Of a stretch of DNA of 64,000 nucleotides, positions 1-11,000 are shown piece after piece (the first letter of the stretch is position 1; each line of letters starts with the position of its first letter). Made by a program: the position numbers and the translations under genes. The notes under the pieces were generated by a model. It was not told the DNA's origin. It searched no databases and was given only the letters and a program-made list of their open reading frames with translations. The stretch comes from an uncultured virus (IMG/VR IMGVR_UViG_3300013426_000032) (Duplodnaviria; Heunggongvirae; Uroviricota; Caudoviricetes): the IMG/VR virus record IMGVR_UViG_3300013426_000032; one strand, 5' to 3'.

Positions 1-1122
1 TTTATATGTAATAATTTATTTGTTAAAAGAACTATATTAACATCAGAATCAAAATATACTTTTACTTTTAATTTAACCGCTACTGATAATGATATAGAGA
101 ATCCTATATTAGATAGTAATGGATTAGATACTGGAAGAGTTAAAGTTTTAATGACTTTTAATTCTAGTGGAGGCAATGAGGTAGCTTTTATAGAATGTAA
201 AAAAATAGCATTTGATGTACGTAATCTAACATATACTTTCGAAGGTTTAATAACAACTGATGATTATATTACATTAAATGAAAATATACGAATATATGAT
301 TTACAATCTCTTTCTGATGGTTCATCTATAGTAAATATGATTCCTATGATAAATTTAAAAGTTAACATATATGCATTTTTCACATATGATGAACCTATGA
401 CAACACATAAATTTTCTCATATAGACGGATTCGCTAATACAGTATTAACTAACACATATACTACGGAAGAACAAAGAGTAACATTAATACAACCGTTAAA
501 TATGCTTAAATCTAGAATAGTGTGGGAAAAAGATACTGATGATGTTGTATATGCAAAAATATATGATGTTCCTGTAATGAAAAAAATAGATGATATTAAT
601 CAAGATAATTTAGACCATTTTGAAAAATTTATAGAATTATTAAATTATCAATATGATTATATGACTAATATATTATATAAAAAAACGAATAATTATTCAG
701 TAGATATGAAATTTTATAATACCTATGGTCGTTCAAATAATTTCATAATAGGTGAAAATGAAGAAATAATTAATAGGGTAAACTGTAATATTAAATTAAG
801 AGTATATGCTGAATTAAAATCTGAAGCTGACAAATTGATTCAAGATATGAAAATATTTATAAAAGATTATTTCGAAGATATAAATAAAGAGAATAATGAA
901 GGTATATTCATATCTAATTTAATACAACAATTAGAAAACACATTCTCTTATCTAAGATATGTTGTATTTGAATCTATAAATGGTTATGATACTTTGGTTC
1001 AAACTATTGAAAATAATACTATGGATATAAATACACTTAGTAAACAAGATAGAATAATATTTGTGCCCGAGTATTTAAATATAGAAGAAGAGGATATAGA
1101 AATAACATTAATAAATAAATAG
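1..1122 (+). CDS. Virion structural protein, C-terminal part (putative baseplate wedge-like protein of AR9/phiKZ-like phages); 5'-truncated by window
   Basis: Frame of ORF 151..1122 is open back to position 1. The MKFYNTYGRS motif and C-terminal FVPEYLNI resemble jumbo-phage baseplate proteins (recalled, not searched). Confidence 0.5.
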   Translation, partial: FICNNLFVKRTILTSESKYTFTFNLTATDNDIENPILDSNGLDTGRVKVLMTFNSSGGNEVAFIECKKIAFDVRNLTYTFEGLITTDDYITLNENIRIYDLQSLSDGSSIVNMIPMINLKVNIYAFFTYDEPMTTHKFSHIDGFANTVLTNTYTTEEQRVTLIQPLNMLKSRIVWEKDTDDVVYAKIYDVPVMKKIDDINQDNLDHFEKFIELLNYQYDYMTNILYKKTNNYSVDMKFYNTYGRSNNFIIGENEEIINRVNCNIKLRVYAELKSEADKLIQDMKIFIKDYFEDINKENNEGIFISNLIQQLENTFSYLRYVVFESINGYDTLVQTIENNTMDINTLSKQDRIIFVPEYLNIEEEDIEITLINK

Positions 1123-1123
1123 A

Positions 1124-1157
1124 TGTTTTGGGTATTATATAAATAATACCCAAAACA
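1124..1157 (+). terminator. 15-bp inverted repeat after first CDS
   Basis: tgttttgggtattat-ataa-ataatacccaaaaca. The right arm overlaps the AACA of the next promoter. Confidence 0.6.
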
Positions 1158-1165
1158 ATAACTTA
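1154..1165 (+). promoter_or_regulatory. Putative late promoter (AACA-N6-TA)
   Basis: AACA-ATAACT-TA upstream of RBS aaaggag; matches the AR9 non-virion RNAP late consensus. Confidence 0.65.
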
Positions 1166-1201
1166 ATGAATACTAAATATAATTGAAAGGAGTATTACGA
1201 T

Positions 1202-4200
1202 ATGAGTAAATATTTTGATAACATAAACACTCAAGTTACTAAAGGTAATTTTGGGTCAAATTATGGAAGACAAATAACAGATAAAAATCTAATTCCTGTT
1301 AAAGACAGAAAAAAAGAAAATAAACAAGAAGCTTTAATGGAATCTTCTAAAAAACATATGGAACTTTCTAAACAAGCTCAAAGAAAGCAAATTGATAAAA
1401 TAAAAAATCAAAGAGAGTTTAGAAAAGTACTAAATGAATCATATGATAAAATAAAAGATGATTTATTCTGTAATATATTACATCATATATGTTTAGAAGC
1501 ATTATGTATAGATGAACAACCTATGTATGAAAATATGGAAAATATAACTAATAGAATAAATAAACAATATGAAGATTTAGGTGGATTTAAAGCTATTAAA
1601 GACCAAGCTAAAAAAACAAATAATATTTTATTAGAAAGAATGATAATGTTATGTGAAAATACTGCAAAAAAAGTTGCTGATAGAAATATGAAAGAAGCAC
1701 AATCTGCAGATGAATTCAAATTCGAATTGAACGATGAAGAAAAAAATGAATTTGAATATAATAAAGATAACATAAATATAGATTCTATTGCTAATAAAAT
1801 AAAGGAAAAAGTAATAAAAGTCGTTTCTGATGAAAAAGAAGCAAATAATAAAAAAACAGAAATAATGGATGAAATAGAAGATAAATTAAAAGAAGATGAA
1901 GTAGATGAAGAAACTACCGAAGAAGCTATGGAATTTGTATTCAATGAAAATATTGAAACTACAACATTATTTGAAGCTTTAATGAGAGATTGTTATAAAA
2001 TAACATTAGAAACTCCTAATGAACTTATTTTCGAATCTTATGTTAAAGAAGAATGTGATAATGATTTAAATGATCCTGAATATAAAATGAATGAATTAGA
2101 TTCTTTTGATGATAATAATGTCATGAATGATGAAGTATCAGAAGATTTAATGATAAGTGAATCTTTTACACATCAATTTCCTGTTCAAAAATTAAAAGAA
2201 CTTGAAGATTATTTAAGTGAAGGTGTTAAATTAAGAGCTAGACCTGGAAATTTAGGTTTTTATTCTGATTATGATACAGGTGTAGCTGATATAATACAAA
2301 GTGCTAAAAAAAGAGAGCATATAGCTAAAAACATACTTCAACCTGGTTTCAGAGAAAGTATTATGAATTTAATAAAATCTGCTAAACATGGTCCAGATGT
2401 AGCTTATATAAATCAATTAGCTAAATTACCTAATAGATTATTCAGTAGAAATGGAAAAGTTGTTAGAACTTTAGAAAATTATACTGAATGGTTAAATACT
2501 GAATATAAAGAAGCTTATTTAGAAACAGTTAAAAACTTAGGTTTTAATGTGAATGAATCTATTGAATTTAAACAAAATATAGTTTCTTATGAACCAATAT
2601 CTAATATATTTAAAGAACACGCATCTAGTATATTAGAAGCAGTTCAAGATGGTGACTATGAACAATTAGACAAAAATTTAAAAAATACTTCTAAAGATAT
2701 CAAAAAAGTAGCAGAAGATTGTGATAAATCTAAAAAGAATCTTATGTCTTGTAAAGAATCTATAAGAGAAATTCAAAAATCTACTGAAGATTTAAAAGAT
2801 GAAAGTAAAAATAATAAATTAGCAAAAGAAGCCTGTTCTGCTAAGACTATTGCTAAAAGTAAAAAAGATTTATCTGAGATGTTAGTGTGTCCTGTATGTG
2901 AAAAAGATCCATGTACTTGTGAAGCAGAAGAAGTTGTTAATGAATATACTATAGATAGTAATATAAATAGTACTGTTAATCGAAAAGTATATAATCAAAG
3001 AATAGATGCTCATGGTTCTATAAATTATAATAAATTAGCTGCTGCAGGAGCTGTTGCTGCAGGTGCAGGTGCTGTTTATGGTAAATATAAATTAGATGAA
3101 AATAAAGTTAAAAAATTATGTCAACGTGAAGTTGGATATAATGGAAAACTTGCTGGTTGGCAAAAGAAAATATTAAAAAGAATTAAAAAAGCAAAAAAAG
3201 GAAAAGATATAATAGAAGTAAAAATAACTGTCAAAAATGATATAAATGCTTTACAAAAAGGATTAAAGAAAAATCCTGAATATAAAATGATGGTAGCAAA
3301 CCAAATAAAATGGTATAATGATATTGCTATGAAAGGAATATTAGCTAAAGAAAGAGAGTTTAATATAGCAGAAGATTTCGAATATGAATTTGATATAGAT
3401 GAAGGATATTTATTTGAAGATTATTATGAAGATACAGAAGATATTATATTCGAAGATAATGATATAGATGACGATGATGCAGAAGATGAAGATATAAAAA
3501 AATACTTAAAAGAAGAAGATGATGAAGACGATATAGTTGAAGAAAGCACTATAGACAAAATAGTAGATAAATTTGCAACTAGACTTGATAAACGAGGAGC
3601 TCGTAAAGATATAGGTAAATATGATAAAATGAAAGAAGATATGACTAAAGCTATATCTAAAGTAAAAAAAGATAAAGATTTAGATAATATGAATTCAGTT
3701 ATTCAAGCAGCATCTAGTTCTTTACAACAAAGAATAGATTTTATGAAGCAAGATGATTCTTTTACTAAAGAAAACATAAAAGAAGTTGAAGGATATCTTA
3801 GATGGTTAAAATCTGAAGTACCTAGATTAATAAAATCTCGTAAAAATGAAATATTAAAAGAATCATTAGATTATGTTGATATACTAGAAGAAGGTTTAAA
3901 AGATAAATTTATAAATATTAAACAAAAAGAAATACAAAATATCAAAAAATCAACATTAAAAAGAATAAATAAAATAAAATCAGAAAAAAATATGCTAAGT
4001 GTTGTTGATGAAATAGGTATAAATATAGAAACATTAAAAACTGCTTCTAGTGTTTATAATAGAAAAAATGAAGATGGTAAATATAATAATATATTAGAAG
4101 ATATAGATGAAATGATAGATTGGTTAGATAATGATGCTAGAGATTTAGCAGCAGCTCAATATAAAAAAGTTTCAGAAAGTTTATGTTTAGAAGAAAGTAA

Positions 4201-5596
4201 TTTTGTATGTAGATCTTGTGGTTATGTTACTGAAAAAGCTCCTGAATATTGTCCTGAATGTGGAAACGATGGTGATCAATTCCAAGTAATGGAAGGATTT
4301 GGTAAAAATTATGTTAATAATATGAAAAATTTACCAAAAGCTATGAAAGGAATATCTAAAGATGCTTATAAACTTACTTCTAGAAATATAGGAAATTTAT
4401 TAGTAAACGGAATAAAATCTAAAAGTGATATAAATAAAACACATGATGGATTACTTAAAATCGTAAATAGTTGTAAAAATGTTAAAGAAGTCGAACATTT
4501 ACAAAAAGAACTAGCTTCATCTAAAGTAACAATAAAAACTAAAATAAATAATGCCAAAAAAGATGAAGAAAAAGAAGCTTTAAAACAACATTTAAAATGG
4601 TTATCAAGTGAATATTCTAAAGCTTTAACTGAAAAGAAAAAACAATTAAAAACTGCTGTAAAAGAACAAGCTGATTTTGAACAAGATTTCTTATATGGTA
4701 AAGATAGAGCATTATATGAAAATTATTCTAATTCTTATATGCTTAAACCATCTAAAATGAGACAATATTGTTTATTAAAGAAAATAAATGAAGCATCATC
4801 ATTTGAAGATTTGGATAGAGTAAAAGATTATATCCAAGAAGAAACAAAACAATATAAACATAATAAAGAATATGTTAATTGGTTAACTGAATCTGCAATA
4901 AATGCTACAGTTCTTAAACATGTGGTATTGGAAGAAAACGTAGTAATAGAAAGTTTCTTAGACAGTTTAGATGACGTGTGTGATATGTTAGATAAACGAT
5001 TAGATAGTCATGATGAAGCTAAACAAGCCGCATTAGAATCTTTATATGTTAATTTTGATGGTAAAAATGTATTTGCACCAGTATTCAAAGCAAATGACGT
5101 TAATTCAAATAATATTGAATTTGCTTATAAAGTTAAATTCTTATGTGAAGGATTAAAAGGATTAATGTTTGATTGTGAAAATATAATAGATTTAACACAA
5201 GCAGAAAGATTAATACATCGTAATATGGATTCAATAAATACTATAATGGAATCTTTGGATAACACATCATATAAATACAATACATTAAATTCTGCTACTA
5301 GATATTTACAAAAAATATGTGATCGTATACCTGGTATTAAGGATATATGTTTAATGGAATCTTATGATGTTGAGTATGATGAAGAAATATTAACTGAAGC
5401 TGTTAATTTAACAGATGAATTATATGATAATGTTATATCTGATGATATAATGTATAATACTAAAAATTCGCATATGGATGTTATAATGGCTGAAGCTATA
5501 ACAAAATATACAATAATGGAAACATTTAATACTATAAGATTAACTAATTTAACTAACCAGGATATAGAAAAAATAGTTAGAAATATAGTGAAATAA
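1202..5596 (+). CDS. Large putative internal head protein/polyprotein with six diverged helical repeats and two Cys metal-binding motifs
   Basis: 1464 aa with RBS and late promoter. Many (A/V/I/L)-x-E-(S/A/G) sites resemble prohead-protease sites. Repeats end in W(L/Y). Cys motifs CPVCEKDPCTC and CRSCG...CPECG. Confidence 0.5.
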   Translation: MSKYFDNINTQVTKGNFGSNYGRQITDKNLIPVKDRKKENKQEALMESSKKHMELSKQAQRKQIDKIKNQREFRKVLNESYDKIKDDLFCNILHHICLEALCIDEQPMYENMENITNRINKQYEDLGGFKAIKDQAKKTNNILLERMIMLCENTAKKVADRNMKEAQSADEFKFELNDEEKNEFEYNKDNINIDSIANKIKEKVIKVVSDEKEANNKKTEIMDEIEDKLKEDEVDEETTEEAMEFVFNENIETTTLFEALMRDCYKITLETPNELIFESYVKEECDNDLNDPEYKMNELDSFDDNNVMNDEVSEDLMISESFTHQFPVQKLKELEDYLSEGVKLRARPGNLGFYSDYDTGVADIIQSAKKREHIAKNILQPGFRESIMNLIKSAKHGPDVAYINQLAKLPNRLFSRNGKVVRTLENYTEWLNTEYKEAYLETVKNLGFNVNESIEFKQNIVSYEPISNIFKEHASSILEAVQDGDYEQLDKNLKNTSKDIKKVAEDCDKSKKNLMSCKESIREIQKSTEDLKDESKNNKLAKEACSAKTIAKSKKDLSEMLVCPVCEKDPCTCEAEEVVNEYTIDSNINSTVNRKVYNQRIDAHGSINYNKLAAAGAVAAGAGAVYGKYKLDENKVKKLCQREVGYNGKLAGWQKKILKRIKKAKKGKDIIEVKITVKNDINALQKGLKKNPEYKMMVANQIKWYNDIAMKGILAKEREFNIAEDFEYEFDIDEGYLFEDYYEDTEDIIFEDNDIDDDDAEDEDIKKYLKEEDDEDDIVEESTIDKIVDKFATRLDKRGARKDIGKYDKMKEDMTKAISKVKKDKDLDNMNSVIQAASSSLQQRIDFMKQDDSFTKENIKEVEGYLRWLKSEVPRLIKSRKNEILKESLDYVDILEEGLKDKFINIKQKEIQNIKKSTLKRINKIKSEKNMLSVVDEIGINIETLKTASSVYNRKNEDGKYNNILEDIDEMIDWLDNDARDLAAAQYKKVSESLCLEESNFVCRSCGYVTEKAPEYCPECGNDGDQFQVMEGFGKNYVNNMKNLPKAMKGISKDAYKLTSRNIGNLLVNGIKSKSDINKTHDGLLKIVNSCKNVKEVEHLQKELASSKVTIKTKINNAKKDEEKEALKQHLKWLSSEYSKALTEKKKQLKTAVKEQADFEQDFLYGKDRALYENYSNSYMLKPSKMRQYCLLKKINEASSFEDLDRVKDYIQEETKQYKHNKEYVNWLTESAINATVLKHVVLEENVVIESFLDSLDDVCDMLDKRLDSHDEAKQAALESLYVNFDGKNVFAPVFKANDVNSNNIEFAYKVKFLCEGLKGLMFDCENIIDLTQAERLIHRNMDSINTIMESLDNTSYKYNTLNSATRYLQKICDRIPGIKDICLMESYDVEYDEEILTEAVNLTDELYDNVISDDIMYNTKNSHMDVIMAEAITKYTIMETFNTIRLTNLTNQDIEKIVRNIVK

Positions 5597-5600
5597 AAAA

Positions 5601-5635
5601 GAAAGAAGATAAGGAAATTTTCCTTATCTTCTTTC
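5601..5635. terminator. Bidirectional terminator between convergent genes
   Basis: 17-bp inverted repeat gaaagaagataaggaaa-t-tttccttatcttctttc. Confidence 0.7.
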
Positions 5636-6280
5636 AATTCGGTCAATATTATCTTTATATATTTTCTTATTTTTTATACATTTCTCATTATATTTTGAAT
5701 CATATCTATCCGCATATAATATAGATATTTCTATTCTTGGTTTAGTAGAATAATATTTAGAAACACCCGCATCTATTATTAATGAATCATCTAATATTAT
5801 TGTATTCTGTATCATATCAGAATATGTTTTTCCAATATTATCCCAATCAGGTTTTTTTACATGTCGAATTAATTTTAATTCAGCTCGAAGTTTTTCTTCT
5901 TTATTCATACCTTTTGGTGTTGGAAAATAAACATCACAATAAAATTTACATGGTGTTGCTATCATTTTAAAATCTTTTAATTGTTCTTTACAAAAATCTC
6001 TCATTAAACGTTGATTGTTTTGAGCATCGCTTACATAAAAATGTCCTCCGAATCTTGTGAACCTTGCTCTTGGTGTTGCTTTAGGAATAAAATAAAAAAT
6101 AAATTTAATCTCATTCCATTTCGTTTCTAGATTATTTTTAGCATTTATTGTAAAATCGTTTGCACTTTTTTTATTCAATCCATCAGCTAAATATATTAAT
6201 CTACTAAACATATCATCTGGTATTTTTGCATACTCTTTGCAATATTCCAACAATTCTTTTTTACTTGGCAAATTATACAC
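5624..6280 (-). CDS. rusA: RusA-family Holliday junction resolvase
   Basis: PKATPRAR and KKPDWDNIGKTYSDMIQNTIILDDSLI (PDxDN...D...DD RusA signature). Confidence 0.85.
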   Translation of the reverse strand: MYNLPSKKELLEYCKEYAKIPDDMFSRLIYLADGLNKKSANDFTINAKNNLETKWNEIKFIFYFIPKATPRARFTRFGGHFYVSDAQNNQRLMRDFCKEQLKDFKMIATPCKFYCDVYFPTPKGMNKEEKLRAELKLIRHVKKPDWDNIGKTYSDMIQNTIILDDSLIIDAGVSKYYSTKPRIEISILYADRYDSKYNEKCIKNKKIYKDNIDRIERR

Positions 6281-6286
6281 ACCTCC

Positions 6287-6298
6287 TATAATATTGTA
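6287..6298 (-). promoter_or_regulatory. Putative late promoter variant (TACA-N6-TA)
   Basis: Minus strand TACA-ATATTA-TA directly before GGAGGT of rusA. Confidence 0.45.
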
Positions 6299-6308
6299 TT
6301 ATAGGCTA

Positions 6309-8015
6309 TTAAATACTAGTTAAGTTTCTTATTTTTTGATTAAGATTATTTGTCATATTTCTATATAATCTACCAACTATATTTTGTGGTCTATATTCTC
6401 CAAGTAAAGCTTTAACTGTTTCTAATTTAGTTGTTATATTTGGAACAGTCAAATCTAAACCACATAAACTTCCTAAATAATCAATCATTCCCTGATTAGA
6501 GAAAAATAGACTAGGTTTATGTGCAGGAGTCATCATTAATTTAGAATATAAATCTTTTATATTCATACTAACTTTAACGTGTGTTGGTAAACCATTAACA
6601 GACCAAGAACTATCGGCTCCTTTATCAAAACTTATAGATGTGACTAATCCCATTTCACATGAAAATTGTCCTTTTGAAAACGCTTTTACTAAAAATGGAG
6701 ATACGTAACTATTAGCTGTAGATTGTCTTGGTAATGAATATGCTAATAAGTGCATCATAGGTACAATTATATTTAAATATATAGCTTCATCTGTTCCATA
6801 TGGAGAAACTAAATCTACTATTATAGTATAATCTTTAGAATATTCACTATCCATCCATATTTCAGGATATATTAAGTTTGCACCATGAATTACTTCTTGA
6901 CCTGCATTTCCTAATATATTATTAAAAAATCCCAAAGTAGTTGTATTTGCTATTTCCATTATCTTGCTAGTTGCACTTTCTAAAAAATTTTGTACATATG
7001 AAGTTGCATCTGATATTGAATTTAAAATCATATTCGCTTCTTTAACAACAGATTCAGCAGTATCAAACATACCTTCTAATTGTGATTTTTGTGCTGTATT
7101 ACTAATACTTTCACTAACACTTGTTGAAGGGTCAACATAGAAATGTGTATATTGTCTATAACCTATAAATATATCTGATGTTAATCTTGTTAATTTTTGA
7201 TATAATGCTGATAAAGTATCTTTAAGAGAAAATGCTTGTTTATCATCTTGCATAGCTTTTGGAACTGTATATCCTTCATAAGGCATATAATTTCCCCAAT
7301 CATAATATTTATATGGAGTTTCAGTGCCTGGTGCATGTAGATTGCCTATTCCTAAATATACTGCACATGTTCTACACATTAAATTAACATATCTTATATA
7401 TGAAGGATAATCTGATTTAAAATCATAATATCTCTGACCACCATCGGCTTCAAAAGATGCTAATATTGATTGTAATACTTCTTTATTTTCACTAGTAACA
7501 CCGTCATTCATTAAAGATTGAAACGATTCTTTATCTTGTTTACTCATATCTGGTAAGAAATTTGTTGTCCCTGGAACTAATGTTACAACGGGTCTTTCCA
7601 TAAAAATATTTTTAGCAAAACAGTATCCGAAAACATCATTTTTTTTATCTATCCTACAATCAGCAGTTGATAAAAACTGATGAGGCATACCAAAAATTCT
7701 TGTATTTTGAGCATCGAAACTCATATCTTTTGTCATTACAGTACTAAGTTGTTTTGAATATTCTTCTGCATTTTGGTTAGTATTTCCTGGGTCTAAAGAT
7801 ACTAAATCTATAATTTCATCTGCTAATGATTTTTCTTTATTTTGATCTTCTTCTTCTTGTTTCTTTTTAGTTTCATCATTGTTATTATTTTCATCTTTTT
7901 TCTTATTAGAATCTTCTGTTTTTTGTTTAGCTCTAAGCATAGGTCTAGTTTGTTTATCTTCTATTGATGTGTATTCTATTATATCTTGTAATCTTTCTCT
8001 ATATAAATTAGACAT
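6309..8015 (-). CDS. Virion tail/baseplate structural protein (hub/tube-initiator-like)
   Basis: 568 aa, directly downstream of the tape measure gene. GMPHQF, PFLVKAFSKG and WSVNGLPTHVKVSMNIKDLY resemble conserved AR9-like structural proteins. Confidence 0.55.
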   Translation of the reverse strand: MSNLYRERLQDIIEYTSIEDKQTRPMLRAKQKTEDSNKKKDENNNNDETKKKQEEEDQNKEKSLADEIIDLVSLDPGNTNQNAEEYSKQLSTVMTKDMSFDAQNTRIFGMPHQFLSTADCRIDKKNDVFGYCFAKNIFMERPVVTLVPGTTNFLPDMSKQDKESFQSLMNDGVTSENKEVLQSILASFEADGGQRYYDFKSDYPSYIRYVNLMCRTCAVYLGIGNLHAPGTETPYKYYDWGNYMPYEGYTVPKAMQDDKQAFSLKDTLSALYQKLTRLTSDIFIGYRQYTHFYVDPSTSVSESISNTAQKSQLEGMFDTAESVVKEANMILNSISDATSYVQNFLESATSKIMEIANTTTLGFFNNILGNAGQEVIHGANLIYPEIWMDSEYSKDYTIIVDLVSPYGTDEAIYLNIIVPMMHLLAYSLPRQSTANSYVSPFLVKAFSKGQFSCEMGLVTSISFDKGADSSWSVNGLPTHVKVSMNIKDLYSKLMMTPAHKPSLFFSNQGMIDYLGSLCGLDLTVPNITTKLETVKALLGEYRPQNIVGRLYRNMTNNLNQKIRNLTSI

Positions 8016-8037
8016 TTTAAAACCTCCTTATTTAATT

Positions 8038-8068
8038 ATATAGGTCGGGGGGAAACCCCGACCTATAT
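8038..8068. terminator. GC-rich hairpin after tape-measure gene
   Basis: atataggtcgggg-ggaaa-ccccgacctatat. Confidence 0.6.
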
Positions 8069-8069
8069 T

Positions 8070-11000
8070 TTATAATGTTGTGAAACTAGCAATACTTCTT
8101 GCCGTTTTATAATTTGAATCATTTGTTATCCCAACTCTCTGATTGTTAGGTGCTGTTATTTTTTTAGTACCATTAGCTCCTTTTTTAGTATGATTACTTA
8201 TAGGTTCGTTTTCAGAATATACTTGTATTTTTGATACATTTTGAGCTGTTTCTGCTGTATTTTTATTTATTTCTTTTAATTCTGTTAACATTTCTATTAA
8301 ACTTTCCACCATCGCATCTGATAGTTGAGAATTTTTTGATGCTTCTATTACTGTATTATGAAGTTGTATAGAATTATTTTTTAATTCGGAATTTTTAGCT
8401 AATTGTTTTAGTTTTTCTAATCCTGCTCCTAATCCTGCTCTAATTTCTTTAGTTGTAGAAAGTTTTTCTTGTTTATGTTTTATTGATGGTAATGGGCTAT
8501 CTCCTGCACCCATACCTGCTCTACTACTAGAATTAGTATTACGTATTTTTGTTGAACCTCCTGCAGGATTTATAAGATAAGTATTACCATCTCCTCCACC
8601 AGTACCAGCTCTACCATCACCGTTACCAGCACTACCACCTGCAAATAAATCATAATTTTCTTTACCATATTTAACTCTTTTATCATAAGCTTTTACACCA
8701 GCACGTTCAAATGATGATTCAAATGCTTTAACTGCTGTTTCAATATCTGTTAATTTTTTATATCCATCATATCCTCCAACTTTTTTCTTAAGTAAAGTAT
8801 TTGTATAAGTGTCTTTACTCTTACCTGCCAATTCCATATCAATAAATTCAAGTTGTGATTGTAAATCATCCCAGTTTTTACCTTTAGATGATGCATAATC
8901 AGATAATTCTTTCCATCTTGCTGATTTTGTATTATAGTTTTCCCATTGACATATACCAGCTGCAGGTCCTTTACCATTACCTTGTATAATTGAAGGGTCA
9001 TAAGTTCCACCAGATTCGGTATGCATATTACCCATTATACCTGCTGTTGCTTCATTAGTATATCCTTTACCTGTGAAATACGTCCATACTGCTTTTCTAT
9101 TATCACTTATATTTGATACATCTGGATTTGAACCATCACTAGTAGTAGTTGTTGTAGTACCAAATAAATCTACTTCTTTACCATTAAATATTGATGCAAC
9201 ATAGTTTTGTATTACTTTATTCATCTTAGAGAATACACCCAATAAATCTATAGATTCTGTTTGAGTAGTGTTAGTATTTGTTGTTCCTCCTGTAGCAGTA
9301 TAATCACCATCAACTGTAACATCTTCTGGTATTTTTGCATTTTCTGTTTTTTCAAATGACCAAGCTTTTTTCAATCCAACACCTTTTTGTAAAACTGAAT
9401 CTGGATATGCTTTAGAATGTAAAATATCTCTAGGGTCATTTATTATCATATTACCACTACCATCTACACCAACACCTAAAACTATATGCCCATTAGGAGT
9501 AAATGGATTATCATCACTTTTTGCTGATGCTGTACCAGACATAACTACTGGACGACCAGCTTTTATTTCTTCTTTTAATTTAGATAACGTTTCATTAGCA
9601 TGACCTTCTTGAGTATAAGGTATTTTGAAACCAAATTCTGAAGCTACAACATCAGGTAGATTCCATTTCATACCTCCACTATCCCAACCATTATGTTTAA
9701 ATGCCCATTTAGTCATTGTAAGTGGATTAATAACTTTACCAAAAGCATTAGTTAACATCATAGCATGTGATGTTGGTCCACAACCAGCTTTTATAACTTT
9801 AACACCATCTATTGTCTCATTATTCCATCTAGGATCATATTGAGAGAAATATGCAAAATTATTTGCAGAAGCAGGAAATTCACTACTACCACTATCATTG
9901 TTAGTTGTAGAAGTATCATCCGCTTTACCAGCATATTCATCATCACCCATTAATTGTTCACCTAAATCTTGATCATCTGTTAAATAAGGAATATTCGATA
10001 AATCACCATAACCAGTTCCACTACCACCAACTAATTTTGATTTTAACGCATTAAGCCATACTGGATAAAATGCTGAAGTAAAATGTACACCATCAGCTGT
10101 ATGATAGTCTTTTCCTTGTTTATTTATATCCCTAACGTCTACTAAAATAGAACCCGTCTGAGATGCTACTTCTGATACAATAGGTTGAACTTCAGGTATT
10201 GTATCTTTATATATTTTAGCAGTTGATTCGAATACTTGATTTAATGCTACTTTAGTATTAGGAGAACCAGCTTTTACTTTATTTATAAGTTCAATATATT
10301 TTTCTTTAAACCATTTATTTCTATATTTTTTCATATCTATAAAATACGCTGAATCATTTGTACCATAGTTCATTATTACTAATGGTGGTTTTCTTTTTAC
10401 AATTTTATCCACTTGCTTAAATCCTTTTAATGCTGTATCTCCACCAACAGCAGCAACTCTTTCTTTAGGAATTTTACCTGCTGAAGACATAGGAACCATT
10501 ATTGAATCTCCCATGAACATAGTATTATCCCATTCACTCGAACTTATTGATCCTCCAGAAGAAGTCGTATTTGTTACGGAAGGAGTAGTATTTGTAGTAC
10601 CAAATAAATCTACTTCTTTACCATTAAATACAGATGCTATATAATTTTGAGAAACTTTATTTAATTTACTAAACATACCCATTAATTCTATTGATTCTGT
10701 CGGAGTAGTTGCAGTTTCATCAGTAGTTCCATCTACAGTTGTTATATTTTGACCTGGTACAAAATCTCCATCAACTTGTATTCCGCTAGGTATTTTTGCT
10801 TTAGATGTTTTAGCAAATGCCCATCCAAGTCTCATACCTGTACCACGTTTCATTTGATCTTGTGTATAAGCTTTAGCTCTTTTTGAAGATCTAGGATCAT
10901 TTATTACTATATTATTTCCATTAGTTCCTACTGCTAATACTATATGTCCTTTAGGAGTAAATGGTGTATTTTCTGCTCTGTCAGGAGCTTTACCTGATAA

